From positions 7,134 to 71,133 of the forward strand of contig JAFUBT010000003.1 of assembly GCA_017460065.1 (NCBI GenBank): DNA of 64,000 nt. Reading direction: 5' to 3'. The notes below the pieces were generated by a model. That model searched no databases, was not told where the DNA came from, and was given only the letters and a program-made list of their open reading frames with translations. The position numbers were made by a program, and so were the translations under genes. Below, piece after piece: positions 47,167 to 56,334 of the stretch (position 1 is the stretch's first letter; each line of letters starts with the position of its first letter). Origin of the DNA: Candidatus Saccharimonadota bacterium. GTDB taxonomy: Bacteria > Patescibacteriota > Saccharimonadia > Saccharimonadales > Saccharimonadaceae.

Positions 47167-47274
47167 GATAGATATGTATACTACTAAGAACGTACGCAGT
47201 TACGACGAGTATAGTTGACGACACCCCGCGACGGCGGGCTGGCGTCAACGGTTCTTAGTAGCATACATATCTAC
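47167..47274 (+). repeat. palindromic element, copy E (diverged core), inserted after a truncated CGCAGGCTGCAGCGG copy
   Basis: Arms gatagatatgtatactactaagaac and gttcttagtagcatacatatctac. Core GTACGCAGTTACGACGAGTATAGTTGACGACACCCCGCGACGGCGGGCTGGCGTCAACG. Confidence 0.6.
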
Positions 47275-47315
47275 CGCATAGCATAATGACATACCGCTTG
47301 TGCTATAATCACCTT

Positions 47316-47930
47316 ATGGACAACAAGGCTTACCTCGATCAAATCGCCGTTAAAGGCAAAAAAACCACTTCAAAACCTTTATTTACCCCGGCAATCATCA
47401 AGTTATTTGCCGCCGGCATAGTCGCCTTGCTCCTCTTTTTCATCGTCATCTTCATGCTCAATTCCAATAATGCCAAAATCACCCAAAAATTCGAGGCGCT
47501 CTATCAACGCAGCGCCAGCCTCTCTGCGGAAGACGGCCCACTCAACAGCTACAACGACAAACTCAAATCTTCCGACTTGCGTCAATACAACAGCACGCTA
47601 CAAGTCACCATGGCTAATTTCGTCAACACCTACGGCGGCATGTCCAGCACAGCCGGCTTCAATCCAGGCTCCATCTCATCCACCGTCGCCGGCGAAGACA
47701 GCACCAATACCAGCGAAATCGAGAACGACCTCAATGCCGGCTATCTCAACGGCTTACTCGACCACACCTACGCCTCCACAGCCTATTATCAGGTTTCCGT
47801 GCTGATTACCATGTGCCAAGAAGCCCTCTCTGCCTCAACTAACGAACAGTTGTCCGACGTCATCAATCGCTACAGCCTCGACCTCACCGAACTACAAAAA
47901 CTCTACAAAGCCCAGCTCGAGAGCAACTAA
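47316..47930 (+). CDS. hypothetical membrane-anchored protein (leaderless start)
   Basis: TGc TATAAT at 47301-47309 with ATG at 47316. TM helix LFAAGIVALLLFFIVIFML. Confidence 0.5.
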   Translation: MDNKAYLDQIAVKGKKTTSKPLFTPAIIKLFAAGIVALLLFFIVIFMLNSNNAKITQKFEALYQRSASLSAEDGPLNSYNDKLKSSDLRQYNSTLQVTMANFVNTYGGMSSTAGFNPGSISSTVAGEDSTNTSEIENDLNAGYLNGLLDHTYASTAYYQVSVLITMCQEALSASTNEQLSDVINRYSLDLTELQKLYKAQLESN

Positions 47931-48256
47931 AGCACTCGCGTTTGTTCGTAGCTGTGTCGGATTAAATCTATGATTTCCGACTCATCTAATTGACCGCTGC
48001 AAATAATTTCAATACCGTTGCGTCCCAAAGCCCTGCTCTCCATTACGCTCTCATAGCGTTCTTGCAGGGTTTTAGCTAGCTTGTTATCGCTTCTCAGCTC
48101 AATGCGCAGGGGCTGCGTTTCCGCTCGCACTACCAGCACAATTTTGTCGCCATAATAAAACACTCGCAACAAGCGGTCATTTTTGTCGCGTTGCTCTTGC
48201 TCGCTAACCCCCTCCAATTGCCGGACGTAATCTACGATATGCTCTTCAGATACCAT
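47927..48256 (-). CDS. MmcQ/YjbR-family DNA-binding protein
   Basis: 109 aa with a family-like pattern (VFYYGDKIVLVVRAE...LRSDNKLAKTL). Assignment from memory. Confidence 0.5.
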   Translation of the reverse strand: MVSEEHIVDYVRQLEGVSEQEQRDKNDRLLRVFYYGDKIVLVVRAETQPLRIELRSDNKLAKTLQERYESVMESRALGRNGIEIICSGQLDESEIIDLIRHSYEQTRVL

Positions 48257-48768
48257 TTCAGTTCCTCTATGCTCCCGCGGATATCGTCCAGCGCACGATG
48301 TTGTTCTGGTTTCGTAAAATGTTTATGCAGCGCACCTTCAAAGAAAATCTTCCACGCGCTCACGTCTAACATCCGGTAGTGCAGCCGCTTATCCAGCTTC
48401 GGCCACTCGCGCTCAATAAATTTCCGGTCTTGATGAATCGAATTACCCGCCAAATATACTTCGTCGCCAAAATGCTGCTCCACAAACTGCAGCAATTCTT
48501 TCTCGACCTGCGCCGCTGCTAGACCACTGGCGTTCTGTGCCACAAGCGCTTCATAAGACGCTCGGTTTTTCTCCCAAAACTCTCCTACCATCCGTTTTTT
48601 CATCAACTCCTCGTCGACTTTTACTACAGCGGTATAAGTTCCCAGCTCTTCCAAGCCCCAATTCGTCGCAATGGCAGCAACCTCCAAAATCCGGTCTTTC
48701 TCTGGAGAAAGCCCCGTCATTTCTAGGTCCACCCACAACAGTACGCCAGTTTTCTGCTTCGTCATCAA
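48232..48768 (-). CDS. orn: oligoribonuclease
   Basis: LLWVDLEMTGL, AGNSIHQDRKFI, HRALDDIRGSIEELKWY (DEDDh). Confidence 0.85.
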   Translation of the reverse strand: MMTKQKTGVLLWVDLEMTGLSPEKDRILEVAAIATNWGLEELGTYTAVVKVDEELMKKRMVGEFWEKNRASYEALVAQNASGLAAAQVEKELLQFVEQHFGDEVYLAGNSIHQDRKFIEREWPKLDKRLHYRMLDVSAWKIFFEGALHKHFTKPEQHRALDDIRGSIEELKWYLKSIS

Positions 48769-48769
48769 A

Positions 48770-49165
48770 CTATTTCTTCAAATCTAGCTTCAAAGCTTTC
48801 ACGACCAGATAAATCACCAAAGCCAAGACCAAGAAATTAATCAAGTCATTAATGAAAGTACCGTAGCTCAAAACGGCAACTTCACCCGATGGCGTTGTGC
48901 CAAGCTCGGCCGTTAAACCTTTCAAGCCTTCCGCTGAACCAAGCAAAAAGCCTAGTGGTGGCATAATTAGGTTGTTAATCAGGGAGTTCACTAAGCCACC
49001 CGCAGCAGTACCCAACACCAAACCTACGGCCAAGCCGACTACGTTTTGCTCCTTAATAAAGCTCATGAAACCGCTTGCGCCGCCCTTAAATTTATTCATA
49101 CCTGCAGCAGCGAGTTCCTTTGATTTTGCCTTTGCGTCTTTTGATGACATCTTAGCTTGCGCCAT
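48770..49165 (-). CDS. mscL: large-conductance mechanosensitive channel
   Basis: FIKEQNVVGLAVGLVLGTA, INFLVLALVIYLVV. Confidence 0.85.
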   Translation of the reverse strand: MAQAKMSSKDAKAKSKELAAAGMNKFKGGASGFMSFIKEQNVVGLAVGLVLGTAAGGLVNSLINNLIMPPLGFLLGSAEGLKGLTAELGTTPSGEVAVLSYGTFINDLINFLVLALVIYLVVKALKLDLKK

Positions 49166-49212
49166 AAAAACACCTTCCTTATGTTATTTTGCTTTTACTA
49201 TACCATATTAGG

Positions 49213-50898
49213 CTACATTTTAGCGGGAACTTCAATCCCCAACAGCTCCAGAGCGCGCGTCAACACGCTGTCGGCTTTCTCGATTGTCCACAAACGTGCC
49301 GACTTCGTCGCTTCATCCGCCGAAGATATTGGCGCTTTTTCGTAATAACGATTCAACTCTTGCGCCAGCTCAAAACAAAAACCCGCCAACTTGTGCATTT
49401 CAAACTCCGCACAAACTCCCCGCACCAAAGTCGGGAATTTCAGCAGTAACTGCAGAATTGGCTTTTCGGCCGCAAAATCATAACCACTAAAATCAACTCG
49501 CGCAAAAGCCGCATTTTTTTCCAAAATCCGTCGCATCCGCACGTCTGCATACTGGCAAAATGGCCCCGATTGCCCCGTTAATGCAAAAATCTTGTCTGGA
49601 TCATACAAAATCCCCGTCTTGCGATCCGCCACAAAATCCGAATATTTTATCGCCCCCACTGCAATTTTTGCAATATCCGCGTCATCTAACTCCGCGCCAA
49701 AATTCTGCCGTACCCGCGCTTCGGCATCGTCTAGCAATTCTTCCATCAGTACCACGCCCTTGCGCGATGACATTTTTTCGCGCTTCCCCTCGGGCGTAAT
49801 TTGGTCAATCGTGCCAAACCACAGATGGTAGTTGTCAATTTTCAACCCAATCTTCTTTGCCATCGCAAATAGCTGCTCAAAGTAGAACTTTTGCTCTGCT
49901 CCCACCGCATAAATAATCCGCTCCGGCCGTAATTCTTCCGCCCGATACAACAAGCAGCCCAAATCCGTCGTCGCATACAGCGCCGCACCATTGCTCTTCA
50001 ACATTAGCATCGGTACATCTATGCCAAATTCGTCCAGCCGGCAAATCACCGAACCGTCATCGTTCTCTTCAAACAAGCCTTCCTTCAAATATTGCTTCAC
50101 GGCTGCCTTGCCCCGCTCCACGAAGCAACTCTCACCCATCTCCAAATCGGTCGCAATCCGCAAACGCCCCATCACTTCGTGCGTATGCTGCAAGGATATT
50201 TCTTTAAAACGCGTCGACAATGCTACCGCCTCAGGGTCTTTTGCCTCCAATTTCAGCAGCCAACTCTGTACCTCATCCGCCAAATTATGTTTACCGGCCT
50301 TAGCTTCAGCTTTCAAATCCGCCTTCATTTGAATGTAAATTTGCCCTAAATCATACACCGTCACTTCATCGATGTTTTTGCCCGAGCGGCGAAAACCCAC
50401 CGCCCAAACCCCAAACGGCGTCCCCACATCACCCAGATGGTTATCCGTCGTCACTTGCCAGCCGTTTGCTTCCAGCACCATTTTGGCCGCCCACCCCTGC
50501 GTGCCAGGCCGCAAATGCCCCACCGAATAGGGCTTCGCAATATTTGTACTCGGAAATTCCACTAACGCCGTCTTGCCAGTTCCACTATCGTTATCGCCAT
50601 AATGCTCTGACCACTGCGCAGCTAAAGCCGCCTGCAAATTACGGCCACTTATCTCCACATTAATAAAACCCGGCCCGGCCACCGAAAAAACATACTCCGA
50701 CGCTTTGCTCAGCTCGGCGATTATTTCCTCGGCAATTTGTCGCGGGCTCTTCCCCACCTGTCGCGCCAAACGCATCGCGACATTACAAGCATAATCACCC
50801 GCAATCTCACTTGGCACATCAGTTAATTCAATCTTAATATCATTGACGCCAAACAACCGCGCCACTACTTCGCTAATTTGCTCCCGAATCTGCTCCAT
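49213..50898 (-). CDS. argS: arginine--tRNA ligase
   Basis: EFPSTNIAKPYSVGHLR (HIGH-like), MSSRKG (KMSK), C-terminal DALR domain. Start chosen at MEQIREQ. Confidence 0.9.
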   Translation of the reverse strand: MEQIREQISEVVARLFGVNDIKIELTDVPSEIAGDYACNVAMRLARQVGKSPRQIAEEIIAELSKASEYVFSVAGPGFINVEISGRNLQAALAAQWSEHYGDNDSGTGKTALVEFPSTNIAKPYSVGHLRPGTQGWAAKMVLEANGWQVTTDNHLGDVGTPFGVWAVGFRRSGKNIDEVTVYDLGQIYIQMKADLKAEAKAGKHNLADEVQSWLLKLEAKDPEAVALSTRFKEISLQHTHEVMGRLRIATDLEMGESCFVERGKAAVKQYLKEGLFEENDDGSVICRLDEFGIDVPMLMLKSNGAALYATTDLGCLLYRAEELRPERIIYAVGAEQKFYFEQLFAMAKKIGLKIDNYHLWFGTIDQITPEGKREKMSSRKGVVLMEELLDDAEARVRQNFGAELDDADIAKIAVGAIKYSDFVADRKTGILYDPDKIFALTGQSGPFCQYADVRMRRILEKNAAFARVDFSGYDFAAEKPILQLLLKFPTLVRGVCAEFEMHKLAGFCFELAQELNRYYEKAPISSADEATKSARLWTIEKADSVLTRALELLGIEVPAKM

Positions 50899-50920
50899 GA
50901 ATATCAATATTATAACATCT

Positions 50921-52516
50921 TTACGCACTCTTAGCAGCTCTTATCAGCCCCTCAAACAGCGGATGCGCCCGATACGGCCGGCTCTTGAACTCTGGATGCG
51001 CCTGCGTCGCCACAAAATATTTGCAATCTGGCGCTTCGACAAATTCCACCAATTCGCCGTTTGGCGAAGTCCCCGAAACTTTCAGACCGCCCCGTTCAAT
51101 TTCCGCCACAAACTGCTGATTCACCTCATAGCGATGCCGATGCCGCTCAACCACTTTCTTCTCGCCATACAAACTCTCAACCAGGCTACCTGCCTTCAAT
51201 TTCGCCGGATAATCGCCCAGCCGCATTGTTCCACCGGTGCTCTCTTTACCCTTTTGTCCGGGCATAATATACACCACTCGCGCTTTCGCCGGAGCGTCAA
51301 ATTCTTCAGAGTTGGCCTGCTTCACGCCGCCGCGTCGCGCTGCTGCAATTACCGCCGTCTGCAGGCCCAGACACAGTCCCAAATATGGCTTATCGTGCTC
51401 CAAACAATACTTGGCCGCGGCAATTTTTCCTTCTACGCCACGTGCGCCAAAACCCCCCGGCACTACGATACCGTCCACCTTCGCAAAATCTGCATCAGTA
51501 GCTTTCTCGGCGTCCACCCAAATCGTCCGCAACTTTACTCCCGCCTTCCAGGCCGCCGCCTTCAGTGCCTCCGTCACCGATAGATAAGTATCAGTATTAT
51601 CAATATACTTCGCCACTAGGCCAATCTTGACGACCTCCTTTGGCTCCGCCTCAATATTCTTTACCAGTTTTTCCCACTGGCTCATATCCGGATCACCGTG
51701 GTCAATAAAACGCTCCAGCGGTGCCAACACACCACCTTTCACTGCATTCAGGGGCACTTCATAGACAGACTTCGCATCCGGCATCAGCACCACCGCATCC
51801 GCCTCGACTCCACAAAATGTCGCCAGTTTCTGCGCCACATGCGGCGCCTTAATTACTTTATCTACGTCCATTCGCGCCACTACCATATCTGGAATAATGC
51901 CAAATTCACGCAAATCTCGCAGTGAATTTTGCGCTGGCTTCGTCTTAAACTCCTCCGAAGTCGATAGCCACGGCACATAGCACACATGCACAAACAAGCA
52001 ATTCTCGCGTCCTACTTTCGTAGGAAATTCTCGAATCGCCTCCACGAAATGCGATCCCTCCAAATCACCAATCGTCCCACCAATTTCCACAATATGTACG
52101 TCGGACTTGAAATGCTTCGAGTTGTCAATAAAAGTCTTTTGCACCAAGCCAGTCACGTGCGGCACTAACTGCACTGTTTTACCACCAAACTTCCCCGCTC
52201 GCTCATCATCAATCAAACATTTGTATAATTTTCCGGAAGTCCAAATCGAATCTCCCGTCATTTCCTCATCCAAAAAACGCTCATAGTGCCCCAAGTCCAA
52301 ATCTGTCTCTGCGCCATCATGCGTCACAAAGCATTCGCCGTGCTCCCGCGGATTCAGTAGCCCTGCATCGACATTAAAATAAGGGTCGCACTTCTGCATC
52401 GACACCTTCAGTCCTTTCGCCTTCAAAATTGCCCCGATGCTTGCCGCCATAATACCCTTGCCAACGCCAGAGATTACTCCCCCTGTTACAAAAATGTATT
52501 TCGTGTTTGTTTTCAT
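50921..52516 (-). CDS. pyrG: CTP synthase
   Basis: KYIFVTGGVISGVGKG, GLCLGLQ, C-terminal glutaminase domain. GAAGGAGG RBS before ATG at 52516. Confidence 0.9.
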   Translation of the reverse strand: MKTNTKYIFVTGGVISGVGKGIMAASIGAILKAKGLKVSMQKCDPYFNVDAGLLNPREHGECFVTHDGAETDLDLGHYERFLDEEMTGDSIWTSGKLYKCLIDDERAGKFGGKTVQLVPHVTGLVQKTFIDNSKHFKSDVHIVEIGGTIGDLEGSHFVEAIREFPTKVGRENCLFVHVCYVPWLSTSEEFKTKPAQNSLRDLREFGIIPDMVVARMDVDKVIKAPHVAQKLATFCGVEADAVVLMPDAKSVYEVPLNAVKGGVLAPLERFIDHGDPDMSQWEKLVKNIEAEPKEVVKIGLVAKYIDNTDTYLSVTEALKAAAWKAGVKLRTIWVDAEKATDADFAKVDGIVVPGGFGARGVEGKIAAAKYCLEHDKPYLGLCLGLQTAVIAAARRGGVKQANSEEFDAPAKARVVYIMPGQKGKESTGGTMRLGDYPAKLKAGSLVESLYGEKKVVERHRHRYEVNQQFVAEIERGGLKVSGTSPNGELVEFVEAPDCKYFVATQAHPEFKSRPYRAHPLFEGLIRAAKSA

Positions 52517-52757
52517 GGGCACCTCCTTCAAATTACCCACCTATATTTATACTCTTAGCATAAGCAAAAACATCTCTCGCCGCAAGCAGTGACATTTCCA
52601 ACTTTTCTGTCCTAACACTTGGCACAAGACGCTATATCTGGTGTTTTATGACTAATTTTCTACACTAAGACTTTTGTCCCAATTATCTTTATTATCTACT
52701 GTCAGAAACACGGTGGCACGAATCAGACGACCGTACTTTACTGCATCAGTAATAATT

Positions 52758-52869
52758 GACATACAGTTTAGTATGGAAACGTAACGGAACCTGCTGGCGA
52801 GTTCAAGATGCGACTCGCCCGTGAAGACGGGCCGAGGCGACATCGTGTTTCCGTACTAAGCTGTATGTC
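52758..52869 (+). repeat. complete palindromic element, copy F (core nearly identical to copy A, arms unrelated)
   Basis: Arms gacatacagtttagtatggaaac and gtttccgtactaagctgtatgtc. Core GTAACGGAACCTGCTGGCGAGTTCAAGATGCGACTCGCCCGTGAAGACGGGCCGAGGCGACATCGT has 2 differences in 66 nt from copy A. Confidence 0.75.
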
Positions 52870-52891
52870 AACCCGCGCTATAATAAAACCA

Positions 52892-53872
52892 ATGAAATGT
52901 TTCTATCACACGCGTTATCGTTTTTATAAACCCCAAATCAGCACCACTCCGTCTTTTTTCTTAATCAGCGACATTCACTTCAGCCCCAAAGTACACAGCG
53001 AGCGTCTCAACGCCATCACCAAGCATGCCGCGCAACAAAAACCGGACTACATCATTATCGCCGGTGATCTGGTTGATTCGCTCGATGCCATCGACACCAC
53101 CGCCAAACTCCGCCGCCTTTGCGCCTGGCTTACCCGGCTCGGCGAAGTCGCACCGGTCTTCATCGGTCTTGGCAACCACGATTTTTACCGCCGCAACCCT
53201 AAATATAAAAACATCTTCTCCAAAGAACGCCATTGGTACACTGCCGATAACCAGCGCCTCACTGACGCCCTGCGCAACCTCGACAAAGTCTACCTGCTAG
53301 ACAACCAGAGCTTCGAGGATCGCCAGCTTTACATTTTTGGCTTCACCGTGTCGCCAGATTATTACCAACTCGACCACGAAGACAATACCACTACCATTTT
53401 TCACCCCGGCAACGAAGACAAAAATATTCTCCGACTCGACCTCAAGCAGCTCGACCCAAAATTATTACACAACCTGCCAACCCATAAGGCAAAAATCGCC
53501 ATCGTCCACTCCTCCGTCTATCTCAATGACCCCGCTATCGCGCCATTTTTCGCTGATTTCGACTTTGTCATATCTGGCCACATGCACAACGGTATCGTTC
53601 CGCCGCTCATCAACGATTTTTGGCGCTCCGACCGCGGCCTTTACGCCCCTGGCAAACACTTCTTCCCGCACCAATCACGTGGCCACGTTGCCTCGGCCAA
53701 CCAAAAAACCATCATCTGCGGCGCCGTTTCCACCTTCCAGGACAGCGCCAAGCCGCTCACTTTCCTCAACGCCAGTTTCCCAGTCTTCACCGCCAGCCTC
53801 GAATGCACGCATCGCGAAACCTACGCTCGCAAACCCGACGTCAAGCGGCAATATCTTAGCTTCCCAAAATAA
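52892..53872 (+). CDS. calcineurin-like metallophosphoesterase (leaderless start)
   Basis: FLISDIHFSP, IIIAGDLVD, GNHDF, SGHMHNG. TATAAT at 52879-52884 lies 7 nt before the ATG. Confidence 0.75.
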   Translation: MKCFYHTRYRFYKPQISTTPSFFLISDIHFSPKVHSERLNAITKHAAQQKPDYIIIAGDLVDSLDAIDTTAKLRRLCAWLTRLGEVAPVFIGLGNHDFYRRNPKYKNIFSKERHWYTADNQRLTDALRNLDKVYLLDNQSFEDRQLYIFGFTVSPDYYQLDHEDNTTTIFHPGNEDKNILRLDLKQLDPKLLHNLPTHKAKIAIVHSSVYLNDPAIAPFFADFDFVISGHMHNGIVPPLINDFWRSDRGLYAPGKHFFPHQSRGHVASANQKTIICGAVSTFQDSAKPLTFLNASFPVFTASLECTHRETYARKPDVKRQYLSFPK

Positions 53873-53884
53873 TTACACAAAAAA

Positions 53885-53959
53885 TGGTAGGCCCAGTTGG
53901 AATCGAACCAACATTGTACCCTTAGAGGGGGTATGTCCTATCCGTTGAACGATGGGCCC
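53885..53959 (-). tRNA. tRNA-Arg(TCT) with unusual C33 and G1:U72, CCA encoded
   Basis: Minus strand GGGCCCATCGTTCAACGGATAGGACATACCCCCTCTAAGGGTACAATGTTGGTTCGATTCCAACTGGGCCTACCA. Anticodon stem TACCC/GGGTA, loop CCTCTAA. Confidence 0.7.
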
Positions 53960-54060
53960 ACCTCCCCTAATTTTACCATAGGCCTACTGCCGGTAGAGTG
54001 GCTGTCCATTTTTCATCAGATAGTGCTATAATCAACAGAGATAAATAAACAGGAGTCATC

Positions 54061-55272
54061 ATGAAATTATCCGAAGAGCTTCAGTGGCGTGGTTTCGTGG
54101 CTGAACACACTTTAGATCAGATATCAGATTTAGACAAAGCTCCACGGAATTTCTATTGGGGCACCGACCCTAGTGCCGACAGCCTCCATATTGGCCACCT
54201 CGCCGCACTGATGATGTGCGCTTGTTTCGTGCGCCATGGCTATACTCCTTACTACCTCGTCGGCGGCGCCACCGGCCAGATTGGCGACCCCAAGGAAAAC
54301 GAAGAGCGCGACCTCAAGAGCCTCGACGAAATCGCCCACAACAAACAAGCTCTCGCCGCTCAGATTATTCGTGTCACACACTCGCCCGCCGAGACCAAAA
54401 TTCTCGACAATAACGACTGGTTCCAAGACGTCAAATTCCTCCCCTTCCTCCGCGAAATCGGCAAGGCTTTTAGCATGACCCAGCTGCTCGACCGCCAATT
54501 TGTCCAAAACCGCATCGGCGCCGGCGGCTCCGGCATTTCTTACGCCGAGTTCAGCTACACCCTTATTCAGGGCTATGATTTCCTGCATCTTTTCCGCACG
54601 CATCAAGTCGACCTGCAGCTCTGCGGCGCCGACCAATACGGCAACTGCACCTCTGGCATCCACCTCATCAAGCGCCTCGAAAACGCCAAGGCCGACGCCT
54701 ACTCTTGCCCACTCATTATCGACAAAGTCACCGGCCGCAAATTCGGCAAGTCCGAAGGCAATGCTGTCTGGCTCGACGCCGCCAAAACCAGCGTCTTCGA
54801 CTTCTATCAATTCTGGCTCAACCAGTCCGACGACGCCCTTGCCGACTACTTCAAGTACTTCACTCTCGTCACCCCCGAAGCACTCGACCAAATCCTCGCC
54901 GCACACCAGCAAAACCCCGGTGCCCGCAGCGGCCAAAAACGCCTTGCCACCGAAGTCACCACGGTCGTCCATGGCGCCACCGCCGCCGCGCAAGCCGCCA
55001 AACTCACCGATTTGCTCTTCGGCAAAGGCGATTTCGCCCAACTCAGCAACGCCGACCTTGAATTGCTCGCTCAAAGCTTCCCCACTACCAGCACCACCAA
55101 TCTCATCGACGCCCTCGTTGTTACTGGCCTCGCCAGCAGCAAAGGCGAGGCCCGCAAACTTATTGCTGGCAACGCTGTCTCTGTTAACGGCCAAAAAGTC
55201 ACCACCGACCAAACACTCACCGCCCCCTGTCTCCTCAAAAAGGGCAAAAACAAGTTCGCCATCGTAAAATAA
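54061..55272 (+). CDS. tyrS: tyrosine--tRNA ligase
   Basis: HIGHLAAL, KFGKS, C-terminal S4 domain. AGGAG RBS. TGc TATAAT at 54024-54032. Confidence 0.95.
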   Translation: MKLSEELQWRGFVAEHTLDQISDLDKAPRNFYWGTDPSADSLHIGHLAALMMCACFVRHGYTPYYLVGGATGQIGDPKENEERDLKSLDEIAHNKQALAAQIIRVTHSPAETKILDNNDWFQDVKFLPFLREIGKAFSMTQLLDRQFVQNRIGAGGSGISYAEFSYTLIQGYDFLHLFRTHQVDLQLCGADQYGNCTSGIHLIKRLENAKADAYSCPLIIDKVTGRKFGKSEGNAVWLDAAKTSVFDFYQFWLNQSDDALADYFKYFTLVTPEALDQILAAHQQNPGARSGQKRLATEVTTVVHGATAAAQAAKLTDLLFGKGDFAQLSNADLELLAQSFPTTSTTNLIDALVVTGLASSKGEARKLIAGNAVSVNGQKVTTDQTLTAPCLLKKGKNKFAIVK

Positions 55273-55304
55273 AGCCCAAAAATCACCACTACCCCAGAAT
55301 ACTA

Positions 55305-55333
55305 TTGACTTTTTTGCAAATCTGTGGTAATAT
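55305..55333 (+). promoter_or_regulatory. sigma70-type promoter with extended -10
   Basis: TTGACT (55305-55310), 17-nt spacer, TGg TAATAT (55325-55333). Confidence 0.5.
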
Positions 55334-55435
55334 ATAGACATAACCGCAACTCTGTTGTGGTAAATTGCACGTTAGCAGCAAGAGATCTTCCCGTCCCAAG
55401 TTAGCAGTTCAGCATGTCAAAAGGAGTTGATATTT

Positions 55436-56197
55436 ATGCTGAGAAAAAACCTTGAAATCGACATCAAAGGGGAAACTACTCATCTTCCCCTCAAAGGCGG
55501 CAGCACTGCCACCAATGCCGACTCCGCCCACATCCAGTGGGATGACGCTCAGTGCGTGGTACTCGTTATCGCGCCCGAATCTGGTGCTTTCCAGACCACT
55601 AAGCAAAGGAAGGCCGTCAAAAAGGAGTTGAAGGCAATTCTGGCGAAAGCCTCCCGTGAAAGCCGTCCAGGTATTGGCGGCTCACTTACGGGCAAAGGCC
55701 TGCCCATCGAGGATGCTCTTTCTGGATTCTGTATCTACTATCCAGAAAGGGGCTTCGATTTAACGAAGGCCAAGCATCAGAAAGCGGCTACCAAACTGTT
55801 TGGCACATTCGATACATGGCTCGACCAAAATTGCGTCGTAGATGAAGCCAAGGAGAAGAAACTCGAACTCGCCGAGTACTTTGACGACCCCGAAGTCGAG
55901 GTCACAGAAGTAGCGGAAGACCGTGAGAGTTACATCGCTCCCACAGTAGCCCCCGACCCTGCGCCTGAACCAACCAAAGCAGACGCCGAGCCTCCCGAAG
56001 GCACACAGGCCGCCTCGCCAGACGATGCTGGCCCCGCTGGCACCAAACGGCTTCGCCCCAAGGACACCACCACACAGGCCAAAAAGCCGGCGCCCACCCC
56101 CATGGTCGGCCCCGCTTACAAACCTTGGTGGCATGGACTCGATCCGGCCGATAAGACCGCTTGGCAAGCCGCGGCTCGCCAATTCCTCGATAGTTAA
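55436..56197 (+). CDS. hypothetical protein with acidic/Pro-rich disordered C-terminal half
   Basis: AAGGAG (55421-55426) lies 9 nt before ATG at 55436. No motif recognised. Confidence 0.5.
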   Translation: MLRKNLEIDIKGETTHLPLKGGSTATNADSAHIQWDDAQCVVLVIAPESGAFQTTKQRKAVKKELKAILAKASRESRPGIGGSLTGKGLPIEDALSGFCIYYPERGFDLTKAKHQKAATKLFGTFDTWLDQNCVVDEAKEKKLELAEYFDDPEVEVTEVAEDRESYIAPTVAPDPAPEPTKADAEPPEGTQAASPDDAGPAGTKRLRPKDTTTQAKKPAPTPMVGPAYKPWWHGLDPADKTAWQAAARQFLDS

Positions 56198-56250
56198 GAT
56201 CTCTTCGCCCATCCTGCCGGTTTTTACCCATTTTTCCGGTAGGACCTCCA

Positions 56251-56284
56251 CCCCCGCTCCTCACCGAGCGGGGGATTTTATTTT
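56251..56284 (+). terminator. intrinsic terminator
   Basis: cccccgctc/gagcggggg stem followed by ATTTTATTTT. Confidence 0.75.
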
Positions 56285-56334
56285 GCATCTCTCCGCCAAC
56301 TCTTGTAGAATATCCCTATAACTCAGGAGGTATA

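Noticed and set aside
50843-51583. 246-aa plus-strand ORF inside pyrG and argS.
   Set aside because: It is antisense to CTP synthase and its composition is Arg/Leu-rich and junk-like.
54130-55341. 403-aa ORF on the minus strand, exactly co-extensive with tyrS.
   Set aside because: It is antisense to a gene with unmistakable TyrRS motifs (HIGH, KFGKS). Its translation is low-complexity and Gly/Ala/Val-rich, with no start context. This is a typical shadow ORF.
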